From assembly GCF_964213995.1 (NCBI RefSeq), contig NC_135821.1, positions 4,898,001 through 4,962,000 on the forward strand: a DNA stretch of 64,000 nucleotides. The letters run 5' to 3'. The translations under genes were made by a program, and so were the position numbers. The stretch comes from Mustelus asterias. Lineage: Eukaryota. Under the pieces are notes generated by a model. The model was not told the origin of the DNA. It worked only from the letters and a program-made list of their open reading frames with translations, and did not search any database. Below are positions 47,205-64,000 of this stretch, in pieces; the first letter of the stretch is position 1; each line of letters opens with the position of its first letter.

Positions 47205-50200
47205 ATATGCCACTCTAATTTTGTCTTGTAAAACAAAATGGCTCCGAGCTAACATGTTGCTGGAGATGCTTGTAACTGCCACTAGATGCAAAATAAAAGC
47301 AATTGAACATGATTTCAATCAATTTAGTCAAGTTTATAACACTTGGGCATTACATGACTTGGTCTCCATGTGCTAGTGGGTTCCACATTCCAACCACTTT
47401 GAAGAAGTCTTCTAACTTCTGTAGGATTAGCAGGGTAAATGTGTGGGGCTACAAGAATATGGCCTGGATGGGATTGTGGTTGGTACTAACTCAATGGGCT
47501 GAATGGCCTCCATACTATAGGATTCCATGATTTGGCCATCCCTAATTGCTTTGGTTTTGATTTATTATTGGTATAGTTAAAAGTATTGTTTCTTGCATGC
47601 TATACAGACAACACATACTGTACATGGAGAAGGGGAAGAGTGCAGAATGTGGTGTTACATAGCTAGGATGTAGAGAAAGATCACAGTGCAATGTAGGGCC
47701 ATTTAAAAGTCTGGCAGTAGGGAGGAAGCTGTTAAATGAGTGGCTTACTGGGACAATGTCAAGAGTCAACCACATTGCTGTGGATCTAGAGTCACATGTG
47801 GACAAGGCAAACCAAAAGAGAAAATGCTGGAATATCTCAGCAGGTCTGGCAGCATCTAAGGAGAGAAGCTGACATTTCAATTCCAGATGCCCACATTTTC
47901 CTCTAACAAAAGGTCAAGATTGGATTGGACACCAGATTCCTAAAGGGCATTATTGAACCAGTTGGATTTTAGACCAATCACTTTCATATTTCCCATTGCT
48001 GAGACTAGATTTTCATGAAATGGTTGAATTTGAAGCCCCCCCCCCCCCCCCCCCCCCACACTCCCCATCAAATGTCTTGGTCCATTCTTCTGTGGCTATA
48101 CATGTCCTAAGGTCTATCGGTTGATTGGCCATGCTAAATTGCTCTTGGTGTCAGGGGTACCAGCTAGGGTAAATACATGGGGGTAAGGCCTGGGTGGGAT
48201 TGTGGTTGGTGGAGACTCAATGGGCCAAATGGCCTCCTTCTGCACCATAGGATTCTATTTTAATTTAAGGCCCCTGTCATAGAATCCCAACAGTGCAGAA
48301 GGAGGCCATTTGGCCCATCGTGTCTCCACTGACCACAATCCCACCCAGGCCCTATCCCCCTGGCAATTTAGTATGGCTAATCAACCTAACCCACACAATC
48401 TTTGGAGTGGCCTTGCTGGTGACACCCATGTCTTAAGACCAAGAACACCAGAGATATAGGGCTACAGAGCCAGATCAACTATCTTCAACCAAGTGCAGCT
48501 CAAGCAGAATGAAGGCACAAAGGTCTATGGGTACAGATCAAATTGACATCCCCATGTCCATTTGGTCTGTACCCTTCAAGTAAAGCTTCAAGGGTTAGAG
48601 ATTCTTTTGGGAACTCCAGTTGGTTTAGTTAAATCCATTCTAAATAGATTTTACTACATTTAAAAAAAAATCATATCTGGTATTTAACTTGTCTGCAATG
48701 GGAATCTTTGTTAACTAGTTAAGGACATCTTTTCGTGTCCAACTAAATAAACAAATTTAACTTGGGGGCAACTCCAAAGTGGTGGTTCCCTTTAACCAGT
48801 TAAGGAAGTTTAATCTTGAACATATCTTGTTTTAGCTCTGAGTAACCTTTCCATTCCATTTATCAAGATTTCTACAGCTGCTGCCTAATTAGAATTTTTT
48901 TAAGCTTTTGACAAATAATGGATTTGATTTGACCTCTGTGCAATTGCTGGCCACTCCTACAGTGACAGGCTGAATTGTTAAGCTCTTAAGATTAAGTTTT
49001 TATTAATGTATAATAAACTAGAATGGATGGAGGACATTTACCAGTCAATGTAATCTTAAACAGCTTGGCTGTAAAGAAAGTTTGTGCTTTGAAATTATGC
49101 AACTTTGACATTATTGCAACTATGAAATTTGTACTTTGTTGCAGCAGCCATTTACTCAAACACCTATCATTGTGCACTCAATTATCTCTGGAATAGCCAC
49201 TTGAGCTCAAAGTTCCAAGGTCATGAGGCCTACCTTGGGTTACATCACTCAGGCTGTACATACAAAAATTACAGCACAGGAACTGGCCCTCCAAGCCTGC
49301 ACCGACCATGCTGCCCGACTGAACTAAAACTCCCTACCCTTCCGGGGACCATATCCCTCTATTCCCATCCTATTCATGTACTTGTCAAGATGTCCCTTAA
49401 AAGTCATTATCGTATCTGCTTCCACTACCTCCCCTGGCAGTGAGTTCCAGGCACCCACCACCCTCTGTATAATAAAACTTGCCTTGTACATCTCCTTTAA
49501 ACCTTGCCCCTCACACCATAAACTTATGTCCCTTAGTAACTCACTCTCCCACCCTGGGGAAAAAGCTTCTGACTAGCCACTCTGTCCATGTCCCTCATAA
49601 TCTTGTAGATTTATACATGGCCGTTTATTTGACACGGGTGCTTAAAGTGAATTTCCTGCAGCGATGGAGGTATATCAGGCATAACTGACACAGGGGAGTG
49701 ATCGAATCCTTGCAGTGCAGAAGGAGGTCATTCGGCCCATCAAGCCTGCAGTGGCAACAATCCCACCCAGGCCCTATCCCTGTAACCCCTGCTAATCCCC
49801 TTGATGCTAAGGGACCAATCCACCTAACCTGCATAATCTTTGGGCTGTGGGAGGAAACCGACGCAGACACGGGGGAGAAGAGTCTGCACAGATGGTTACC
49901 CAAGGCCAGAATTGAACCCGGGTCCCTGGTGCTAAGAGGCAGCAGTGCTAACCACTGTGTTGTCTAATGATCCTGGGGACTTTTTGTTAGCAATGAGACT
50001 CATCCAGTGTTTCAGATAAATGATCTGCCCTTGTATTATCCATTTTGCTAAATTTGCTTTGACCATGTTGCACTGGACAACACTTTGACTTTGGCCAGCC
50101 ATTGGTGGCATTGGCCAAAGAAAAGACACTGTACAAATGTGCCAGTAGTCTGTGGGGTCATCCAAGTATACATGCTCCAGCTTCTGTCTGAGACTTGACC

Positions 50201-50981
50201 AGAACTAATATCGAGATACCTCAGCAACCGTGCCTTTGCCAAAATGAGCAATCTTCTCCGACTTATTTGCGCTTGGAAGTGCACCTTCGTGTACCACATA
50301 ACCTGTTGCCTAAGGCTGGTGTTACAATGAGTGGGTCCGCAAAAACTTGTCTGATGTTTTCAAGCTTGGATCAAAAACTGGTTACACCCTCCAATACCCG
50401 ACCTACAAATCGTAAACTTAATTCACAAAAGGGCTCTTCACCACGGTTGAAGGGTGATTGATTTGACAAGCAGATGGCAACTCCATTTACTTCAGGAATG
50501 TGAAAGGCTATCTGTGGGGAGGAGGGGGCGGAATGCCAGGTGATACAGGAGTTAGTTTACGAATTCTGCGTAAGTAGTTTGTCCATTAATACACTGCCCC
50601 ACGCCTCTCTCCCTTTTTTTTCTTGACATATTTTCCTCTCTCCATTTGTTTCTTCATTTTCTGATTGTTTTGCAGAGGGAAATAAGCATTTGGGATAGAC
50701 TTTCTTCTTCTTCATCTGTGGGACATGGGCGCCGCTGGCTGGCCAAAATTTATTGCCCATTCCTAGTTGCCCGAGGGCAGTTGAGAGTCAACCACATTGC
50801 TGTGGCTCTGGAGTCACATGTAGGCCAGACTGGGTAAGAACGGCAGATTTCCTTCCCTAAAGAACATGAGTGAACCAGATGGGTTTTTACGACAATCGAC
50901 AATGGTTTCATGGTCATCAGTAGATTCTTAATTCCAGATATTTCTTTTATTGAATTCAAATTCCACCATCTGCTGTGGCAG

Positions 50982-51433
50982 GGGACGGCACAGAGGTGAG
51001 CACTACTGCCTCACAGCGTCAGAGACCTGGGTTCGATTCCCGGTTTGGGTCACTGTGTGGAGTCTGCACGTTCTCCCTGTGTCTGGGTAGGTTTCCTCCG
51101 GGGCTCCGGTTTCCTCCCACAGTCCAAGGATGTGCGGGTTAGGCGGATTGGCCATGCTAAATTGCCCCTTAGTGTCCACAGATGTGCAGGTTAGATGGAT
51201 TGGCCAAGCTCAATTGCCCCTTAGTGGCCAAGGATGTGTAGGTTAGGTGGATTGGCCATGCTAAATTGCCCTTTAGTGTCCAAAGATATGTAGGTTAGGG
51301 AGATTAGTGGGATATATGTGTGGGGTTACGAGGATAGGGAAGTGGATGAGCCTGGGTGGAATGCTCTTGCGGAGAGTCGGTGCAGACTCGTTGTGCCGAA
51401 TGGCCTCCTTCTGAACTGTCGGGATGCTATGAT
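50982..51433 (+). mobile_element. HE1/V-SINE-like SINE with tandemly repeated internal unit
   Basis: A and B boxes; repeated GGATTGGCCATGCTAAATTGCCCCTTAGTG unit. Confidence 0.8.
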
Positions 51434-52148
51434 CACAACAACTCACCGTGTAAAGAAATCTCCTCACCATGAGTTCTAACAGCAATTCTCTTAAATCTGA
51501 TCAATTCTAATTACCAACGCCTGTCAATGCAAATTGTTACTCGTTCAAAATCCTTTGTAACTTTGAATGTCTCGATTAAATCTGCCTTCAACCTTCTTTT
51601 CTTCAAGGAGAACATCATCTCCAGTCTGTCCACGTAACTGAAGCCCCTCACTTCTGCTTCCATCCTGATAAACCTCCTCCTGTTCCCTCGCCAAGGCCTT
51701 GACATCCTTCCTGGAGTCCAGGCTCAGATACAGTAATTCAACTGAGGCCTAATTGCTGAAATTCTTGTTAGTTTTATTTATTAACGGTTGGTTTCTGCTG
51801 AGATCCATTTTCATTTATCTTAGCGGAGTCAATTTTCCAAAGCTCTTACGAATTCAGATGGTTGATTGCTCCCCACCTGTAAGGAGCTGTCACAGCCGTG
51901 GCCCAGTGGATGTTAAATCAATTATCTCTGCGCCTCTGATGGTTGAGTTTTCACCAAGAGTTTTTTGTTCTTAATCTACCCTTAAGGCTTGATGATTGGA
52001 GGGTGTAGCCAGTTCTGTTCTAAGGTATCTTAATGTGCCGGATATTTGGAACGCATTGCATTGGAACTAACATTGGTATTTCCAACATGACAGTTTGATC
52101 TTTATTCATCTTGAACATTATCCCCCCCAAGACTACAGTCACCAAATT

Positions 52149-52520
52149 GGGGAGGCGATGGCCTACTGGTATTATTGCTAGACTATTAATCCAGAAACTC
52201 AGCTAATATTCTGGGGACCCAGGTTCGAATCCCGCCACGGCAGATGGTGGAATTTGAATTCAATAAAATATATCTGAAATTAAGAATCTACTGATGACCA
52301 TAAAACCATTGTCAATTGTCCGAAAAACCCATCTGGTTCACGAATGTCCTTTAGGGAAGGAAATCTGCTGTCCTTACCCGGTCTGGCGGTCTGGCCTACA
52401 TGTGACTCCAGAGCCACAGCAATGTGGTTGACTCTCAACTACCGTCCAAGGGCAACTAGGGATGGGCAATAAATGCTGGCCAACCAGCGACGCCCATGTC
52501 CCACGAATTAATAAAAAAAG
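52149..52520 (+). mobile_element. Full-length tRNA-derived Deu-SINE-like SINE
   Basis: TGGCCTACTGG A box, GGTTCGAATCC B box, conserved core, and GATGGGCAATAAATGCTGGCC...A-rich tail. Confidence 0.75.
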
Positions 52521-54978
52521 ATTGCTGTGTGTCTGAAAATCAAGTAAGAGTGGCAGATATCCTTCCTATAAAGGGTATTTATGAACCAGATGGGTTTTTA
52601 CGACAATTCATGATAGTTATCATAGAATCTCCACAGTGCAGAATGAGGCCATTCGGCCCATCAAGTCTGACAGAGTATCTTACCCAGGCCCTCTCCTCCG
52701 CCCTATCCCTGTAACCCTATGTATGTACCCTGCTGATTCGTCGAATCTACACATCTTGGGTCATTAATGGCAATTTAGCATTGCCAAAGTGAATTTCCTG
52801 CAGCGTTGGAGGAATATCAGGGGTAGCTGACACAGGACAGTGATCATAGGATCCCAACAGTGCAGAAGGAGGCCACTTGGCCCATTGAGCCTGCACTGAC
52901 AACAATCCCACCCAGGCCCTATCCCCGTTCCTTCACATATTTACCATGGTTAATCCATCCAACCTACACACCTTGGAACACTGAGGGACAAGTTAGCATG
53001 GCCAATCCACCTAACCCGCACACCTTTGGAGTGTGGGAGGAAAGCGGAGCACCCAAGGAAACCCACATAGATACAGGGAGAACGTGCAGACTCTGCACAT
53101 ACAGTGTCCCGAGGCTGGAATCGGTCCCGGGTGCTGTGAGCTAACCACTGTGCCACCGTGCCATAGCTCTGGAGTGACATGTAGGCCAGACCTGGTAAGA
53201 ATTTCAGATTTCCTACCCGTTTGTGAACCAGGTGAGTTTTGATGACAATCCTACAGTTTCATGGTCAACATTATTGTATGTACAGAGTTGAACATCCCCC
53301 TTTTTTCTATAACCGTATCCCTACAATGCAGAAAGAGGCCTTTCAGCCCATCGAGCCTGCATCCGACCCTATCCCCCATGACCAGCATATTTACACTGCT
53401 AAACCCTTTGACACTAAGGGTCAATTTAGCATGGCCAATCCATCTAACCTACACATCTTTGGACTGTGGGTGGAAACCGGAGCAGCCGGAAGAAACCCAC
53501 GCAGGCAGGGGGAGAACGTGCAGACTCCACACAAATAGTGACCCAAGGCCGGAATCGAACCCTGGCACCTGTGGAGAGAGAAACAGAGCCAATGTTTCGA
53601 GTCTGGATGACCCTTTTTCAGAGTACTTTCAGGGCTTTTTTTTATTCGTTGGACACGGGCAGGGCGAGCATTTATTGCCCAACCCTAGTTGCCCTTGAGA
53701 AGGTGGTGGTGAGCCACTTACTTGAGTCAACTGAGTGGCTTGCTAGGACTTTTCAGAGGGCAGTTGAGAGTCAACCACATTGCTGTGGCTCTGGAGTCAC
53801 ATGTAGGCCAGACCAGGTAAGGACGGCAGATTTCCTTCTCTAAAGGACATTAGTGAACCAGATGGGTTTACCAACCGACTCAAGAACAGCTTCTTCCCTA
53901 CTGCTGTCAGACTTTTGAATGGATTTACCTTGCATTAAGTTGATCTTCCTCTACACCCTAGCTATGACTGTAACACTACATTCTGTACTCTCTCATTTCC
54001 TTCTCTATGAACAGTATGCTTTGGCTGTATAGCGCGCAAGATACAATACTTCTCACTGTATACTAATACATATGACGATAATAAATCAAATGAAGGGTTT
54101 TTCCCCAACAATTGTCATCAGTAGATCCCTAATACCAGATATTTTTTATTGAATTCCAATTCCACCATCTAGCCATGGCGGGGTTTGAACCCAGGTCCCC
54201 GGGAACATTAGCTGAGTTTCCAGATTAATTGTCGAGCGATAATACCACTAGGCCATTGGCTCCTCTAAGCGTGTAATTCTAAATGTCAGTGAGACCAATT
54301 CTCTGTTCTCGTTGGGCAAATTTGTTGCATCTTAAGAAGAGATGAATGAAGTAAAATAAGTGACCAAGGTAGATGGCTGGTGTGGAATTAATGTCAAAAT
54401 CTTCCATCCTCGTTTGCACATGGAATTTTCCGGAGTAACTGAAAGTGAATGGAATTTTGGCTGGAAAACCAAAGTTTCTGTTCTCGGGTCCTGTCACAGA
54501 CAAGACCGGATAATCATAGAATCCCTACAGTTCAGAAGATGGCCATTTGGCCCATCGAGCCTGCACCAACAACAATCCCACCCAAGCCCTATCCCCGTAA
54601 TCCTACCTATTTACCCTGCTAATCCTCCTGACACTAAGGGCTAATTCATCATGGCCATCCCCTCTAACGGGATGGCACAGTCGTTAGCACTGCTGCCTCA
54701 TAATGCCAGGGACCCCGAGTTTGATACCCGGCTTGGGTCACTCCCCACGGGGAGTCTGCATGTTCTCCCTCCACCCCCCCCCGTGTCTGCATTGGTTTCC
54801 TCCAGGTGCTCCGGTTTCCTCCCACATTCTGAAAGACGTGCTGGTTAGGTGCATGCTAAATTCTCCCTCAGTGTACCCGAACAGGCGCCGGAGTGTGGCG
54901 ACTAGTGGATTTTCGCAGTAACTTCATTGCAGTGTTAATGTAAGCCTACTTGTGACACTAATAAATAAACTTTAAAAT

Positions 54979-55400
54979 TACACACCTTTGGACACTAAGA
55001 GGCAATTTAGCATGGCCAATCCACCTAACCTACACATCTTTGGACATTAAGAGGCAATTTAGCCATGGCCAATCCACCTAACCTACACATCTTTGGACAT
55101 TAAGAGGCAATTTAGCCATGGCCAATCCACCTAACCTGCACATCTTTGGACATTAAGAGGCAATTTAGCCATGGCCAATCCACCTAACCTACACATCTTT
55201 GGACATTAAGAGGCAATTTAGCCATGGCCAATCCACCTAACCTACACATCTTTGGACATTAAGAGGCAATTTAGCATGGCCAATCCACCTAACCTACACA
55301 TCTTTGGACATTAAGAGGCAATTTAGCCATGGCCAATCCACCTAACCTACACATCTTTGGACATTAAGAGGCAATTTAGCACGGCCAATCCACCTAACCC
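54979..55400. repeat. Minisatellite of eight 52-53-bp units inside an HE1-like SINE (SINE 54979-55568, -)
   Basis: Unit TACACATCTTTGGACATTAAGAGGCAATTTAGCCATGGCCAATCCACCTAACC. Confidence 0.9.
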
Positions 55401-56412
55401 GCACATCTTTTGGACTATGGGAGGAAACCGGAGCACCCGGAGGAAACCCACGCAGACATGGGGAGAACGTGCAAACTCCACACAGACAGTGACCCGAGGT
55501 TGGAATTGAACCCAGATCCCTGGCGCTGTGAGGCAGCAGTGCCAACCACTGTGCCACCGTGCCGCCCCTAGCCAGATAAATAAATGTAGCTAAATAAATA
55601 GGTGGATAAATTCTACCCCATCCAGTCACTGATGGAGTGAAGGGGCGCGATCTTACCAGCCGTTCACGCCACGCTCCCACTGCGGCGGGGCCGGAGAATT
55701 TGGTGGCCAGCATTCACTGCGGCAGGTTGGGAAAATCCTGCCGACCTGGACGCTGGTAAGGTTCGGCCCAGAGCGTTTACAGCGACAGATCTTATTTACA
55801 AAAAATAAAACACGCAACAACTAAAGTTTCCATGGTCTGTTTTATTGATAAATCCTTTGAATTACATTTGATGGCAGTGAGTGCTCATTACTGGTTACAG
55901 GGCGAGTGATCTCTCTTGGCAAGACATCCCAATGTTACGCTGTTCTCAACATCTGGATTTTAAGACGTATATATCTTGCTACATCTGGGCAAAGGCAGGA
56001 GGGGGAGTGAACACCAACAAGGACTTTATGGTCTGTTTCCATGTTGCAGTTCCACATATGGACAGAGAAGGCCAGAAGCGGGGTGGGGAGTCACCTGGGA
56101 GAAGGAAGCTCTCAGTCATGCCCTGGACGGCACGTCACATTGTGGGTGAGGAATCTCAAGTACACATCTTCCAATTTTATCCAGAACTGCAGGCTATCAA
56201 AACTCAATCATTGAGTATATTCAAGACTGAGGTCAACATTCTTGAACACTAAGGGTGGAATTTTACTGGCACGCCTGCCCCGATTCCGGGGGCGGGCGAG
56301 GCTCGGAGAACGGCATTCTCCATTGGCCTCGGGTGGGATCAAATGATCCTTGGGCGGACATGCCGGTACCATTCCGCCCTAAGGGTGGGATTTTCAGGTC
56401 CCACTTGCCCCC

Positions 56413-56877
56413 CGGCGGCACGGTGGCACAGTGGTTAGCACTGCTGCCTCACAACACCAGGGACCCGGGTTCGATTCCCGGCTTGGGTCACTGTCTGTGT
56501 GGAGTTTGCACATTCTCCCCGTGTCTGCGTGGGTTTCCTCCGAGTGCTCCAGTTTCCTCCCACACTCCAAAGATGTGTGGGTTAGGTGGATTGGCCATGC
56601 TAAATTGCCCCTTAGTGTGCAAAGATGTGCAGGTTAGGTGGATTGGCCATGCTAAATTTCCCCTTAGTGTGCAAAGATGTGCAGGTTAGGTGGATTGGCC
56701 ATGCTAAATTGCCCCTTAGCATCCCAAGGTGTGTAGAGTAGGGGGATTAGCAGGGTAAATGTGTGGGGTTGCAGGGATAGGGCAAGGAGGTGGGCCTGAG
56801 TTGGATGCTCTATCGGAGAGTTGGTGCAGACTCGATGGGCCGAATGGCCTCCTCCTGCACTGTCGGGATTCTATGAA
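56413..56877 (+). mobile_element. HE1/V-SINE-like SINE with three internal repeats
   Basis: A and B boxes; TTCTATGA tail. Confidence 0.8.
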
Positions 56878-57246
56878 TGGGAATCAGGCTCAAGAATCCC
56901 TATGACCTACTTCTGCTCATACTTCTTTTCAGTCAGTAAATGTTGGCCAAACGTCTTCTAATGTGTTATAGGTGACAATTAATCATTCCATCAGATTCCG
57001 GGACTTGTTTTGACCTTGCTGCCAAATTAGCCAATGAGAGCGTTTCCACAACCCTGCAACATCAATTGCAAAAACAAACTATGGGAAACACGGAGAAGTT
57101 TTCTAACAGACATCAAATGATAGAGAATTCTAGAACTGATCAATATTTATTCGGGGGTGGGTCGGTGGGGGAGATGGGAGAATGCTTGTTGAGAAATAGA
57201 TATCTCTGCGTTCAGGGTGAGAGGTGAAGGATTGCTGTTGCATTCT

Positions 57247-63469
<6,223 letters not shown>

Positions 63470-63635
63470 CTGCAGAATAGTGGACAGGGTTGGAGGGGGG
63501 GATAATTAACCGGAAAATGAATCCAATGGGTTACCAAAATGAGATGATCTGTGAGGTAACTTGACAACACCAGCTGAGAACAACCTTGGACGTTTAGCAA
63601 CGAATACCAAATAATTACAGGGTTTTTTAAATATT

Positions 63636-63988
63636 CATTTGTGGGACATGGGCGTCGCTGGCTGGGCCCACCATTTATTGCCCATCCCTAGTTGCCCTTG
63701 GAGGACAGTTGAGAGTCAACCACATTGCTGTGACTCTGAAGTCACACTGAGGCCAGACTGGGTGAAGACGGCCGATTTCCTTCCCGAAAGGGACATTAGT
63801 GAACCAGATGGGTTTTTTTCCGACAATGGTTTCATGGTCATCAGTAGATTCTTAATTCCAGATTATTTTTTTCACTGAATTCAAATTCCACCATCTGCCG
63901 TGGCGGGATTCGAACCTGGGTCCCCAGAACATTAGCTGAGTTTCTGGATTAATAGTCTAGCGATAATACCACTAGGCCATCGCCTCCC
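63636..63988 (-). mobile_element. Full-length Deu-SINE-like SINE
   Basis: Reverse complement of the 52149-52520 family. Confidence 0.75.
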
Positions 63989-64000
63989 AAGATAACGTTG

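Noticed and set aside
48036-48058. Poly-C/G runs (also 61876-61910)
   Set aside because: Simple homopolymers with unreliable length and no evidence of function.
54979-55400. CRISPR-like repeat array
   Set aside because: Head-to-tail units without unique spacers inside a eukaryotic SINE; this is a minisatellite.

Overview
Repeat-rich vertebrate genomic DNA, almost certainly from a shark (HE1/V-SINE-like and Deu-SINE-like SINEs; CR1, Rex1-like, Tx1 and Penelope retroelements). The window holds a tandem array of six four-exon ferritin genes on the + strand (M/H-like, ferroxidase ligands retained): copy 1 lacks exon 1 in the window, copy 2 has a nonsense codon, and copies 3-6 are intact. A much more divergent, convergently transcribed ferritin (exons 2-4, - strand) has an altered ferroxidase centre and looks L/lower-subunit-like. 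Main observations: (i) exons are about 97-98% identical across all six copies, synonymous sites included, while introns, promoters and UTRs of copies 5 and 6 are largely unalignable, pointing to exon-restricted concerted evolution; (ii) no iron-responsive element (IRE) is visible in any 5' leader; (iii) Tx1 insertions have landed in CCAAT-box promoters and in an intron branch point. Most ORF-track entries are TE fragments or antisense shadows. Residue numbers below follow mature human ferritin H and come from manual alignment.
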